Shown one piece after another: positions 49,536-63,700 of a DNA stretch of 64,000 nucleotides. The position numbers and the translations under genes are program-made. The notes beneath the pieces are model-generated. The model ran no database searches. It saw only the letters and a program-made list of their open reading frames with translations, and was not told where the DNA came from. Position 1 is the stretch's first letter. Each line of letters starts with the position of its first letter. Origin of the DNA: Phyllosticta citribraziliensis (lineage: Eukaryota); assembly GCF_038025025.1 (NCBI RefSeq), contig NW_027117349.1, positions 434,001-498,000 of the forward strand, read 5' to 3'.

Positions 49536-52376
49536 GTTGAACGAGTGTAGTAGAAATTAGATTAGGTGGTAGTTGGTAAAGGTAGAGAGTGACGAAGTCG
49601 TAGTGAAGTGAGTGGCAGTCGAGAATGACAGTGGTGGTGGTGAAGGAGATGATTGTCGACGGTTGGACCGTTCCTTATGTACCGTAGAAATTGGGTCTTT
49701 GCCCCCCTGCCTATTACGCCACACTGGCATTGTATGCCCCAGCTAACACCTTGACTTTTCCCAAATGTACATGGGAAAAGCGGCGAATTACCCTCAATGA
49801 CGCCTCTGTGGAAATGGTTCTAGAGCGGATACGGCGCTGAAGCCCTGGGGCTTTTCGGGCATCTTGAAAACGAGGAAAACCACAGCTACCCATGGGTTAG
49901 AGGCGTGAGTGACTCCGTAGGAACCGTGATGATTTACCGCCAAGCTTTCCAGATGGAGTAAATATTAAGATATGGCCGGGGGCCCACCTCGTTTTCCTCG
50001 TTTTCCTAGAGAACGAGATTCCCAAAGCATACAGTCGCCCTCGTCTTGTTAAATTAGACGAGTCGAAGCCAGAACAAAACAGCATCTGATTGCTCGAACC
50101 CAGTCCTTGTCTGTGTCTCTAATGGTGCGTAAGGTCTTGCAAATGCAGTTGAGTCTAGGAGGAGGTCAGTTTTCTCCTAATCGACTGCATCAGGGATCGG
50201 ATTGGAAGTGATGACGGAGGTGATGACCATGATGCTCGTGTTCTTGGCCAGACTTGGACAAGGCTTGGACATACCCTGGACCGTGCAAAGCACGCCCTTC
50301 ACGGACCTTGGAGCGTGTTTACCCTATCGGTCGACTGCAGTTGGACGACTGCCGTCAACGGATGGGCGCTTTGGCGATCAGTTGTAATCATATCAGTGGG
50401 ATTGTTTATCTGCTTGGTTTTACTTATTGCATAGTGTGTGGGAAGCAAGTTTGTGCGCGTCGACTGCTGTCAGAGGTCCAGAGATCTAAATATAGTCAGC
50501 ACTGATCGACAGTCGAAACAGCCGTATACAGTATGTGTGTGGGCGCCTGAACACCCACCTTGTGCCGACAAGCGTCGACTACAGTCGGCGTCGTTGAGCA
50601 GTCGGTAAATGTCAGGGTAAACAGTCGCGACGGTAGCGATATTGGGCGCCGGTAATGGGGTGCCGACTGCAGTCGGGCGACAGGGTAAACACGCTCTTGA
50701 TTGCGACTCTGCCCTCTCGGTGAGCTCGAACCCAGTAGAGAGCCCGTCAGAGACGTCACCATGCAGCTCTCCGATGGCAACATGAACTGATGAGAAAAGC
50801 AGTGAACGGAAGCCTCATCAACACTGCAGCAGTGCTGGTGTTGCAAGGCGAATGTGATGCGTTTCCTACCAAGCCAAGATAGTAGCGACAACAGACTTCA
50901 GCGAGCAGAACAGATATCCTAATCGGTCTAGCGGGTCGACGGCTAACGGGCCGCTCCCAGTGGATTGTCAGGTACGGGTACCACAAAATCATGACTTGAT
51001 CCAGAGCGCCAAGCGTCAGCGGCATTCGAGAAGCCCTCAGGGGTGGTGATCATGAAGCGGTTCAGGGCACATTTTGACCACAACTGTTGACATAAGCAAC
51101 TGCGCACCAGTCACCAACCCCTCGCAGTATTGTCTCAGATGATCAGATTGCGCGTTAAACATTCCAACGGGCACGCAGGCGGTGGGGGATCTTGTGCGCA
51201 CCGAGGGAGCAAGCCGTGCGGAGAAGCTTCCATGGCAAAGCTCAAAAGATTCGTGGAAGGATTCTAGGACTCTGCCCCTATCATTTTGAGTGCACGCTAC
51301 TATGACCCCTTTATTTGTGGTGTTTTGGTTTTTGTGAAGTCGCAATGTCCCAAGAGGTTGGTCGGAGCTGTCGCTTGAGAGTGCGGGGATATCGGTCCAC
51401 CCTTCGCGGGGCATGGTATGACAATAAGGCATCCACAAGTTGTCAACTGTAGCAAGCGAAACTGGAAGCCGTATAGCTGGGTGGCTGGGGTGCTCTTGTG
51501 TGGCCTCTCGGATGATGCGAGTGGTGCGGTACCCAGCCCGCGGGGAACGCAGATTTCCGCCGCGTAAGCGCTGCGCCGGATCCACCGGTGATCTTTGGCG
51601 GTGGTGTTGAGCTTTGATGGTCAATTACACAGGGCTGACTTGTAGGGCTGCAGATAAGCAGAGGCTCTTCATAAGCGTTGTTGCGCCTCGTCAACAGTTG
51701 CAGCTGGAAAGGAGGCGTGTCGTGGCGGTGGTTGAAAGAAGGGCCGGATCGTGTCCGAAGGTCAACCGTCGACAAAACTTGTACAAGACTCCTATACTGC
51801 GTGCAATCGCGTCATGGCACTCAAATTTCGCGAAAGATTATGGAGCAATGGTGCCTGAAGCTCTTCATTCAATGCCGATGAAGTCTGCCGGATTCTGCAG
51901 CCTGCCTACTATTCCGTCAGTGCTCTCAAGGTAAAGACTGCTACGTCCCGACCGCTTCTGTCTCATAGAATTCAACGTAGCTGGCGTGGTAGGTCTCATG
52001 ACATCAATGCCATTCCTTGCTCCCGGCCAAACTTGTACCCCTCTCAGCTGGGCCACTCGCGACGCGCGGTCCTGGAGTTTGGGCGTCCGCGTAGGCTCTG
52101 ATGACTGTGAGCAGCAAACGAGTGCTCCAACTTTCTCCCGGTCTCGAGCATCGTAATCAGACCGGTGTACTGGGCACTGGCTAAGCGGAGATTTTGTCGT
52201 TTCGAGCAAAGCAAGGACTTGCCCCCCCATGAATCAGGTTGCGAAGTCCTGATATCGCTTTGGGAGACAAAATTACGTTGAGAGGCGTCTTTAGTGCCAA
52301 TACTTGGTGTCTCAAGTAGCTTCAAACTCTCCACCAACACCTGGAGCAAAGCCGGTCCCTGAGAACCAAACAAGCC

Positions 52377-55162
52377 TCACTGGCCCTGTCCGTTTCCGGC
52401 CGCGTACTGGCCAAAGCCAGAGTCGAATTGCAGAGGGTCAAAGTTCCAGAACCCCTAGGCAAAGGTCAGCGGAGACAAGACGTCGCTTAATCACTATTAC
52501 TTACCCAGTCCATGTCCATCGCCATGTCTTGAAGCCAGGCGTTGGTATTAATGTCACTCAATCCCCCGCCTGTCATTCTCTCAATCTCCGACAGACCGGC
52601 GGAGAATCCAGGACCATTGGCGGCGTAACGTGCCTCGATAGTGTCGCCATTGCCCATTGCCGACACCATGGGCTGACCATTTGCAGACGGATAAAGAACA
52701 TAATCCTGCTGTGACATGGTGACAGGAGGCCGCGACTGGGCCATGTTCATGTGCTGGGGGTTCTGGCGTGACGGCAACGGCACCGTCTGGGGCTGTGGAG
52801 TAGGAATAGTACTGGGACTTGGACTTTTGGCAAAGTAAATCACACTCAGGTCGTGTTCGCCAAAACGTTTCTCCGAAAATCCCCCCATTGTGCTCATTTT
52901 GGCGCTTTCGTGCTTTGGGTCCAGTCGATCAATCATGCGGCGGATCACGGCCCAAGTGTTTGAGTCGGTCCGGCCTTTGACAGCATATACAGTGTGCAGA
53001 GCGCGTAGTGCCCTGCAGCGGATGTTTGAATCGTTCGCGGCAGGAAACTGGGGATCACGGAGTTCGGAGAGGACATGCATGATGGATTGAAAGGCGGCAT
53101 GCCCGCCAATATGCCACTGGAAGTGCTCGGCATCCTTGTCGGAAGAGACGGTGTTGAGAGATTCAATCAAAGAAATGGACCGGGTCAGGACCTGGGTACG
53201 AATCTCGTCGGTGATGACCAGATGCCTGAATTCTCTCGGGACACCGTACCAGAATATGAGCCAGCAGCGCCACTCCAGATTTGCTGTCAGGCCAATGGTC
53301 AAGCGTTGGATGGTAATGTCGACGCGGCAGTATCGGAGATAGCACCTCTCGTTCTTGTCGTGCACTTCGTCGACCAGCGTCTTAGTTTCCTCGAACAGGT
53401 CCTGGAATTCCTGGACAATGTCGCAAGTCTCGCCGTCTTTGATTTTGGAAGCTTTGACCTTTCGATCCAGGTGGTAAACATTTTGAGCAATCCTACGGAA
53501 GCATTTGATCATGCTGAGACGGCAAAGTTGGAGCGTCATGTCTGTAAAGCCTTGCTCCTCCATGTGTGGGTCCGACGGCGGCATGCGTCCTTCGACGAGG
53601 TCGGTGTCGTTGACATTTCTTGGGAGCATGGTGGTGAAATCATCGTCAGACACGGTTGGTTCCATACCTTTCCCTTCTGCGGCTCTCCAGTCCATGTGGC
53701 ATATCTGATGCCAGACACGCCGGCGAATTTCCATTTGCACTTCGTCCATGGACGAGTTGGCAAAGAGCGTCGGCTCTCTGTGCAGACCCTGCAGCATAGC
53801 AATCCTGATGGCGATGCCAGTCAGTGGCCACACCGGGCCCATGTCGTCCTCGCGAACTTGGCACGTCTGCGGCAACAATTAGAATCCGACTATAAAAATA
53901 AAAAAAAATAAAAAAACCGCTTGCGTGGCATACCAGTTGCAAAACAAAGGCTTGAAGGACTTCGAGACTCGAAGTAGTCAAGAAATCGACTTGTTGGAGA
54001 GATAGCTCAAGACCTTGGTGGTATCTCATCAACAGCGTCTGCTTGTCTTTTCTGAAACGGGTTGTGACTGCCTCCGGTCTCAGACTATTTATGGAGGAGT
54101 AGAAGATGGCAAAGGCTAGGGGTTCGAAATGGTGGATCTGCTCTTCCGTCCAGGGGTCGCTAACGGTGTGAGATGTAGTCACGTATTTGGTGTTTGGGTG
54201 CGGGACCTACCTTTCGTCGGCGCGCCCAGAAGCGGGACTCATGTTGGCCCATCTTCGGATAAAGTAACTGAATCTGCGGCTCAGCGACGGCTTGTGCACC
54301 AGTCGACTGACGGGATCGACATTCTGGATAAAAATGCCGAACAGCTCGAAGCACTCCTCGGGAGTGTTTGGCATGTACTCCGAGGGATCGCGCGACACTT
54401 GGCCGCTGCTGAAAAGTAGTGACTGCGAGGTGCGGATTCTTGGCTCGCAAGGCTCTTCGGGATTGCCCTTGTGCTGCTCATTGCTCAAGATGGCTTTGAT
54501 ATCTTGCAACTGTTGGGAGAGATGAGCAGGAACTCGTGTACTATGTGCGGTGGACGAGGGCTCACCTCATCTGTTAATAGCGCCCAATGTAGGGATGAGA
54601 CAAAGTGCGATTGCCCATTTTCAACGAGGAGCGTTCCATCGTAAGCATCAGCGGCGAGAATCTGGTCTGAAGATGTGCTGCTTTTCGGGGAAGCCGAGTT
54701 CTCGGCCGCCTCTTTGCTCTCGACAACGTCGGACTTGGTTGGCTCGCGCCGGGAAGGTTGCCTGGTGGCGACTGGAGGATAGGCAGGCTGCGAGACGGCG
54801 CGCTCGAGCAAAGATTCAAGCCTCTCGAGGCGGGCGTTGATTTCGGCATGACTCGACTGAGCTCCTCGCGGGTGTGGAGCGGAATGTTTGCTCACGCGGT
54901 TGGATGTCGCGTTTGACGAGGAATTCGGCGGCGAGCGGCCGGATTGCTGGTTTGGAATATTTGCGTAGTAACAGACGTGATTTCCGCGGGAACATGCGGA
55001 GCAGATTGGATACTTGTGGTCGCATTTCACCTTGCGGCGGCGGCACGTGAGACACGAGGTGATGATTCGCTGGCGGGTGCCAGCTGTTGACGAGTAGGCG
55101 GGGACTGGCGGAGGGGCAGCAGCGGGTTGGGCCATGGGCGGAGGGTGGGCGTATCCGTCCAT
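52377..55162 (-). CDS. Zn(II)2Cys6 transcription factor with fungal-specific TF middle domain (multi-exon)
   Basis: SCLTCRRRKVKCDHKYPICSACSRGNHVCYY zinc cluster; NVDPVSRLVHKP, AMLQGLHRE and EIRRRVWHQIC; terminal exon ..MDMDW|GFWNFD. Confidence 0.93.
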
Positions 55163-55796
55163 TCCGGAAAGACGACGGTAGAGCAGTAGGATAGAGTCGC
55201 AGGAGGTCGGCCGAAGCGAAGCAGGAGGAGGTTATCGAAGAGGAGGGTCGAGGGCGGAGAGAGGGCGACGGTAGGTAGACGGCAAGGCGGTGGCGGTTGA
55301 GCCCTCTCTTAGAGTTGCAGGGCAGTGCCGGGGGCCACGGTCGAGGAGGACAAGAGAAGCAGGTCTTCAGGCGCAGCAACCATGATTCTGGGGGCGACAC
55401 ACACAGAGGAGGCGCGCGTGTGGGGGTAGGGACAGGTTGGGTGTGGAGTGGTGTTGTGGTTGGGAGGGGAAAGACGCGATGCGCTGCACAGGGCTGAAGC
55501 TACTGAGGTGACGAGGGACCTGGACTACGACAATGACCTACTGTAGGGTAGGGTATGCTCTGGTTGGATCCTGCCCGAAGCCCGAACCGACATGAGCTAA
55601 CGGGGGGGCCGATGTTCTCAGCCGTCACTCCTCAGCCGCCATGTCATCTCTTCTTATTTTCTTCTTCTTCTGCTTCCTCTCCCTCTCCCTCTCCCTCTCC
55701 CTCTCTTGCCGTGCTGACTACTGACATATATCCGCTTTGCTGACTGACCTCACCGACTTTCGCCGTGGTTGCTTTTCCCTGGCCTCTCGTCCACCT

Positions 55797-55797
55797 C

Positions 55798-55826
<29 letters not shown>
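55797..55826. repeat. (CAA)10 microsatellite in the TF/lyase intergenic region
   Basis: Read directly from the sequence. Confidence 0.9.
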
Positions 55827-55828
<2 letters not shown>

Positions 55829-57224
55829 TCCACCCCGGAACAGCCCAGGCTTGATGCCCGGATAAACATGAGCCCCCCAGTCCAACGACGCTCGTAGCGA
55901 CCCGCCGCCGTTTCCGGGACCGTAGCAAATGCCTTCGCATGCCCGTCTCACAGCCCAGCCAGTCCCCGGTGCATAGCGAAACAGATGGCGATAGCGATAA
56001 TCAGCCACGCCTGCCTGTTTGGGCCTGTTTCCCAACACACATGCCCGGGCCTGTCCCTTACCGTAGGCGCTGCTCAACCCAAGGCATTCGGGATATCCAT
56101 GAGGCCTGGGGCTGGGCACCGGCTCCTCACCGAACCCTCTCTGCAGCTGCACACCACGCTATGCTATGGCCACGATTCTCCATGATTCAAACGCTGCAGT
56201 TACAGCCTGCGTCTAGCCCTTTGTCGCACCTTTGCCTTGGCTCCAACAGCCGCACAATTGCAAATCGCCGGCTTCTCTTCACACTGTTCTACCGCTGCTC
56301 GTCGTCCTGCTGTCGACCAAACCAGCAAAGCATCTCGAAACACCAACACCTGGCTGGCACCTGCAATGCTTGCTGCCCGACTCACGCAGTTTGAGAGACT
56401 ACTGCAATATTGCTTCTCTGTCGCGCCTCGTGGCTAGCGCCGTGACACTACCATCTTGTCCAGTATTTGGCAGAGCAAGGCACGTCGGGTTTACACGCAA
56501 AAGACTATTTATCAACCAGTTGCATATGTGCATATAGCGGCCAAGCGAATGCACCTTGCAAAAACTTGCGAGCCATGGATGCATGTGTAAATGTATGAAC
56601 GTATAAATGCGCATACGTCAGAGTAGCTCGATTAGGCAAAGATCCATCTCCAGGTCGTCGACTGCAGTATCTGGTCGTCAGCCTCACGCGACCTTGGTTA
56701 CTCCAACGCCTCTCTGATCATGTTCTCTGTTGATTGAATGATTGCTCCGATGGCCGGACTTCGCAACGAATCTGTTTCGCCCTAGAATATGGCCTGCCGA
56801 ATCATCATCGTGCTAAAGCTGACGCCTTGACCAGAGCTAGGTACCATTAGGAGGAGATAGAGCGTCTACTATCTCCGCAGAGTCAATGGATTGGAGAATT
56901 CGAACAAGACAGACTGCTGAGATTGAGGAGCCTTCTTCCTTCGCAGCGGCGACGTCTCGACGATGTTATCTTATCTCGCCACCCCGCTTCTGCCAGCAAA
57001 GAGCGCCTGTGTCCAACACCCACGCAGCGTTTTCATCATCAATCTCGACCACAGTCTTCCCTTTCCATCACCTCACCCAGGTTGCCACCGGGAATAACTC
57101 GCACGTGGCGGAACCCACTGCCGGTCAACCTCCGATCATCGGCACGGCAATGAGATCAACACCGCAGCGGGAGAACCCACTGTATCTCCACACCTAGCAA
57201 CAATGCGTCGACGCCCCTGTACTT

Positions 57225-57231
57225 TATAAGG
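57225..57231 (+). promoter_or_regulatory. Probable TATA box of the lyase gene
   Basis: TATAAGG about 60 nt upstream of the ATG at 57288. Confidence 0.45.
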
Positions 57232-57287
57232 ACGAGGGGGACATCGGCCGTCGCTCCAGCATACACAACATCAGTTCCGACTGCAAA

Positions 57288-58250
57288 ATGACTTTCAACG
57301 CCGCCGCCAACAGCCTCCGTCAAACTCTCGAGCAGAGCAAAGACGTCATCATCGCGCCTGGCGTCTATGATGGCTTCTCTGCCCGCATAGCCCACTCAGT
57401 AGGCTTCAACGCCCTGTACATGGTACGTCACCACAACTTTGACTATCCAAAAAGCTCATTCTGACAAACCAATCTGTAGACGGGTGCCGGCACGACTGCT
57501 TCCCGCCTTGGACACGCCGACCTGGGCATCGCAACCCAACACGACATGGCGGCGCACAGCTCCATGATTGCCTCGCTGAAGCCCGAGGTCCCTCTCATCG
57601 CCGACGCGGATACTGGATACGGCGGACCTATTATGGTTGCACGTACGGTGGAGCTCTATGCTCGTGGTGGCGTGGCGGGGCTGCACATTGAAGATCAGGT
57701 ACAGACCAAGAGGTGCGGTCACTTGGCAGGCAAAGAGTGTGTCGACGTAGACGTGTACACTTCGCGCATTCGCGCCGCAAGAGAGGCGCGTAGAAAGCTC
57801 GGCAGCGACATTGTCATCATCGCAAGGACAGACGCCTTGCAGGGTCAGGGATACGACGCGGCTGTTGCGCGCCTGAAGGCTGCCCGCGATGCTGGGGCTG
57901 ATGTTGGCTTTTTGGAGGGCGTGACGGACAAGGACATGGCTAGACGGGTGGTCAAGGACTTGGCGCCCTGGCCAATGGTGCTTAACATGGTCGAGCATGG
58001 CGCAACGCCAACCATCTCGGTCGAAGAGGCCCGCGAGATGGGCTACCGGATGATCATCTTCCCCTTTGCCAGCATCGCCCCCGCTTACGCCGCAATCAAG
58101 CAGGGTCTGGAGCAGCTGAAGCAAACAGGCGTCGTGGGCGCTCCCGAATACTTTACGCCCAAGTTCTGCTTCCAGGTCTGCGGACTTGATGAAAGCATGG
58201 CTTTGGATGCAGCGGCTGGCGGGCAAGCGTTTGGGGCAAAGGGCGCTTAG
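57288..58250 (+). CDS. PEP mutase/isocitrate lyase superfamily C-C lyase, 2,3-dimethylmalate lyase / OAH-like class (2 exons)
   Basis: Motifs PGVYDGFSAR, YMTGAG, DADTGYGG, HIEDQ..KRCGHL, ARTD and NMVEHGATP..IFPFA. Confidence 0.9.
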
Positions 58251-58984
58251 CTCGAACAAATAAATCCGATGAAAAGAATCAAGGAAGCTTAAGGTGCCGT
58301 TCCAGTGGAGAAGCTTCGATGTGACTAGGAGACGCCCGCAACGGCGTCGGCAATGTCAAGTGGAGAGCCGGGGCACGTGTTGCGGACAAAAACGACGATT
58401 TTAGCATGAAATGGCTGTAACGAGATGCTTCGAGGCCATTAGAGTTTGGCCGTTCGAGAGGGAACCGGTGGCCACGCGAAGACCCTGCCGTGACCTTCGA
58501 AAAAAGGGAGAGAGGCCAAACGGTTCCATCCCGCCATCCGCCGACTCGGTGCCGCCTTTCGGATTCACCGTAACAGCGAACCACCTCCTTTTTTGTAAGC
58601 TAGTCCTGACACTTCAATCTTCAAGTCTTCTGTCCTTGAGACCAACCACAATGGGCGCCAAGTTCACCGCCTTCCATCCAGTCGATCGCTCTTCTGGAAT
58701 CCTTGATCTACTCTCGGGTCCCAGCTGTCCTAGCTAAATCCAGCTAAGCCCAGCCACCCAGCCGCCATGATTAATGCGACTTCATATCGAGTTTCCTATC
58801 TGGGGAACCGACGCGTTCAAGCTCACTGGTGTTGAGCTTTTTGTTCGCAGAACCAGGGGGTCCGCGTCCTTTGATCCGCTTAGATGATTTGCCCTGGCCT
58901 GCATACTAAAAACCAACATCCGCGGCTGTCTGTCCTTCATTCGCTATCGCCGCCCAGCAGCGAAGCCATTCCTTCCTTATCACC

Positions 58985-60705
58985 ATGGTGAATTTCGATC
59001 TTTCTTCATCGCTCCTTGCTGGCTTTGCCCTTTTGGCTCAATCGCCTTTTTTCGCAGACGCCGTTCCTCAATCGTCCTCGTCTGGCCCGGATCCTTCGGT
59101 GGAGTTGGGAGATGGAAAGATAATTGGCACCACCGGGACCATTCCTGACCTCAAGGACCCCGTCAACAAGTACCTTGGAATCCCATATGCCAAAAGTCCT
59201 CCGCAGCGCTTTGGCAGGGCTGAAGATCCTGAGAAATGGACTGAAGCCAAGGATGTGAAGGACTTGAAGCCATCTTGCATCCAACAGTTCAACCGTATGC
59301 TTTGTCCTGAATCTTGGTCGGTCTTCTCACTGACGTGTCCACAGGACCCATTTCGAAGGAGCTTTTCAACAAACCGGGAGCGCCGGAGAGCGAAGACTGC
59401 CTATACATCAATGTTTACACACCGTCCACACCTGCTCCGTCCGAAGGGCGGGCGGTCATGTTTTGGATCTACGGAGGTAGTTTACAATTTGGAAACTCCT
59501 GGAATGACGAGTACGATGGCTCTTACCTTGCTGGCTACGAGGATGTCATAGTCGTCACCTTCAACTATCGCACCAATGGTTTGTCTTTGATCTTCGCAGT
59601 TCTCTTTTGAAACCATCCACTCACTCTTTCTCCAGTTTTCGGCTTCCCTAATTCTCCAGATCTTGGGACCTTCGACCAGAACCTGGCCTTGCTTGATCAA
59701 CGGAAGGCCCTCGACTGGGTCCAGAAGAATATCAAAGCTTTCGGGGGTGACCCGAACAAAGTGACCCTCTTTGGCGAATCTGCTGGCGGTTTCTCGGTCA
59801 AGATGCTCTGGGCGCTGCCTCCACGACCAGTTAACTTCCACGGTGCCATCATTCAGAGCCAAGGTGGAGCCGGTCCAACTGACGGCGGCATCGCGTGGAG
59901 AAACCTTACCAAGACCCTCAACTGCACCGCGACACCGTCGAAGAAAGAGATTGACTGCGTCCGGGATAAACCTGTGGATCAGATTCGTTCTATTATTGAA
60001 AAGAACCGGCTCAACTTTGCGCCCAAAGTCGAAAATCGCACCGCTGCCACGCACATTGAAAATCAGATCCGCTTCCGCACGGCCGCCCAAGTGCCCATTC
60101 TGATCGGGTCCAACGGCGACGAAGGCAGCATCTTTCAAGTCGTGTTCGACTTCCAGAAACTGAACCAGACGCTGCAATACTTCTTCCCCAACCAGACAAT
60201 TATCCAGCAAGCCGTGCAAACCCAATACCGGCGGCAGTATCCCAACAACGAAATCGCCGCCATCAGGGCTTTCATCCGCGACGCATCGTATACGTGCTTC
60301 ACGTCAGCGATCGCGCAAACGGCGGCTTCGAACCAGTACCAGGCCTTCCGCTACTACTACAATGCCACTTTCGACAACTTGCCCGTGCCCAAGAACCTCG
60401 TGCCCAACCCGGGCGCCTACCACAGCTCCGAGGTCTACGAGATCTTTGGCACGTACCCCAAGGACGGCGCCACGCAGCAGCAAAAGGATCTCAGCCGCTA
60501 CATGATGAAGGCTTGGGCCGACTTTGCGAAGAATCCGCGCCGTGGACCTGATCCGAACGATGGATGGCCACAGATTGGCGCCTCATTCCGTGACCTCTGG
60601 GTCTTGGGTAATGAAGGTCGCAGCGGTGGCTATCCTATCCGGCAGGAAGTGACAGATGGCAACTGTCGGCTCTTCTCTGGTCCATTGTGGGCCATTGGAC
60701 TGTAA
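58985..60705 (+). CDS. Secreted type-B carboxylesterase/lipase (3 exons)
   Basis: Signal peptide; YLGIPYA, SEDCLYINV, WIYGGS, GESAG (Ser), GSNGDEG (Glu) and GAYHSSE (His). Confidence 0.92.
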
Positions 60706-63700
60706 ATCTGTTTTCTACGTCAAAAATTCCAAAAAAGGCGACGGCATTGTCTCGAGGACATGCGGGAGGAGTGATGATCACAGGTGGAGTGGTTTGGTTT
60801 GGCTGCTGGGCGCAGGCGATGCTATCTTCAATGCTCACACTCGTTCTATCGATGAGGTGCGGGGGTAATTAGGCTTTGGCTGCATGCGTGGTGGTAGTCT
60901 TGTAGAATTTCATGTACAATTACGAGTCTATATCCTAAATATCAACATAGAGCATGACCCTTCAAAAAACGCGATTCACTGAATGGTGTGCTCATTGGAA
61001 CGTCTTCCCTCCGCAACCATCACTGAGGACACCTGATTCAAACACCACGCTACTACTTACCTCCTCCATCGTCGTTTGGCGGAAGTGTTTCACATACCAT
61101 CTATCAATCTATCTTCCGGCCTCCCTCAATCGCAAACCAGCGCCCCTTACACGCGCTTCGTCCCGCACCCTTCCCTCCTCAGTAGTCTGTCTATCATCAT
61201 TCATCATTGCCGCTCCCCTAATCCCAGTCTCTGATTCTCTTCCTTACCGGCCCGGGTCCATAGTAAGCAGGTTAAGGAAACGCGACCCCTGGAGCAGAGG
61301 GTTTGGTGAGTGAGCACCGGAACCTCCGACTTCTGAGCCCCCTGTCTTTTTAATCATCGTAGAGCGTACCTGTGAGACAAGCACCGACGGTGTTCTCGTA
61401 CTCGGGGCGAGCCTTTGTGCAGCAGTGCGATGTTTCGATGCTTCAAATGCTGCTTGTGTTGGCACATGGCTGTTTTCCACCGTACCACTTCCCTATTCTT
61501 GTCCTAACTCCTGCTTTGCGCAACAATGCCTGTCCCCCCAGCCCTGCCCTCATCTCTGAAGAAACCAATCTCTGCTGTACTTGTCCTGTCGCACTCCCTG
61601 TCTGTCCGAGCATCCTCGTCCGTTCGTCCGCGTGGCGCCGATGCGCTGGGTCCGGATGTGGCTCGGTGAGGCAGCCCATCTATTTTCCTCATGCGGACAG
61701 GGGAAATACCTTGTTTGGGTGCAAGGACGAAATGGAGGGAAGACGTGGGGGATTTGACGAGGATGTGCACTGGGGGGTCTGTGTTTCTTCTCCGCCGATT
61801 GTGTATGCACAAAGCATCAGCGCACTTGGCGACGCTCTTCTCCGCCCAGCCTTCTCAAACAGAGACATCGCACCAGGAGAACAAGGAAGTCTGCGAGTCG
61901 AGCGTCGGACGACAATTCCGCTCGCTTCTCCGTCACTCCTTTACCCATTTTCCTTATCCACAAACTTACGCCACACGAGTGCCCAGACAGATAGACGAAC
62001 AGACGACGCAATAAGGCCAGAAAGATGCATAACAAGCTTAACCCCAACGTTTCTTCCCTCCCGAATCCCGCATCCCTACCCGCCCCCTGCTTCTGGCCGT
62101 CTTGTGTAGATGAGTCGCGCACCGGAGCCGCATGCCCCTCTACTCTCCCCCACTGCCTGCTGCACCCACGTCTGCCGCGGTTCTCCGGCCAATCAGTCGT
62201 ACTCGTACAGCACGGTGCGGAACGACTTTCTGCCTACGAAGCTCGCTCTCGCTTTCTGTTGACCTGCTGCCCCTGCGATCCACCCTGTCTCTTGTGTCGG
62301 TCTGCGGTGGTCGATGCGCTGGTTCTGCCTGAGGCATGAGCGTCGGCAGCTTGCGATGTGCGCAGGGGAGACGCTTGTCACGAACGCGACGCTAACGCAG
62401 GTCACCCGTGCCCGACTTCTCGGCGCGGCAGGCAGGTAGATGGGTCTGTTGATAGAGTGCGGGTTGCGCGTCGTAAAGGTATTGCGCACTCTATTTACTT
62501 ACGATGGGGGACGGAGCGGAGATAGAGTAGATGAGATGCGAGATCCGATGAGATCGGCGGGAAGTAAATGCACTTACTTTGCAAGACTTCGGTTGGGCAT
62601 AGAGGAGGATGCTGTAGAGACCCTGGGCTTGTCGGCGTCTGGAATTTCGGTTGGACGTCGTTTCGCACTTCTGGTGGAGTTGTTTCGAAGCGCGAGAGTT
62701 GGGCCACGGTTGCTTCTGGCTGGGTCAAAAGTTGACGCGGCTTTCGCAGACATGGATATGGGTTTGCTTCTCGGCAGCAACCGGTGTCTGTGCTATCGTT
62801 TCACCTACTCGAGATGCACAGCGGGACTGCATAAATGAGTGTACGTACGCCGAGTAGCGTTTCGTTTCTTAGACCTAAGATGAGACCTACGGCTTTGTAC
62901 ACCAACTTTTGTTGGAGTGAAATCAGTGCCCCATCGCATTTGACCAAAAAGGAAAAGTGGTCGAGTGCCATGGCTTCATCGTCGCCTGGCGACGGACTCT
63001 GGGAACAGCGCCGGAGGATTTTTCCCAAAGAGGAACAATAGAGCCATCGGATGAGGATATGCACTAGGGTCGGTTAAGGGTCTGATGAGGAGGGGAGGAG
63101 CAACAAGAGCAAGGTTTGGAGCGCGACGCCGCGGCTGAAGGATCGCCATTATCTACCCGCACCTCGAGGGCTAGGATTAAGGTTTGCTGCAGTAAGGCTT
63201 GACGGTACTCGATGAGCTTGGTACGTTATTTTTTCTTGATGGCCGGTTTGTCGAGCAGGACTCTGTCAGCGACGAAGGTTGGGTGGACGAGAAATAATGG
63301 TCGAGCTGGTGAGCGGACGCGGTGATCTGCTCGCACTTCGGCGTTGTACCCATCATCACGACCTGCTTCATGCGGCAAGATGGCGCGATCCATGCCAGCG
63401 TTTCGCGCTTGTGCTCGTGCCCCTGCGTGCTTCCTTCGAGGCTGCCGGCGGCGATTGATGAGCTATACCCTGCTTTTGGCCCTCGGCAGACGCACATCCC
63501 CTCGATTAGTCCCTTGTGCAGAAAGGCTCTGGCTCTCATCGAGCATAAGCTTAGAGCCATGTCTAATTGAAAATCTCTAGGTGAGGAAGCCTGATGCGAA
63601 TAAGACGGCGCTGTCGATTGCTATTTCGGTTGCTATGTTCGACGTGGTGTTCGAGGCTCATCTGCGTAAGACCTGTTCTTTTTCTGGTGCTGTGCAGAGA

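Noticed and set aside
48363..49550. 395-aa plus-strand repeat ORF
   Set aside because: Antisense shadow of the secreted repeat gene; only the minus frame has a good ATG context and a signal peptide.
49600..52300. ORFs in the spacer upstream of the repeat gene (e.g. 51037-51624)
   Set aside because: No codon bias, domain motif or transposon signature; most likely promoter and 3' UTR sequence.
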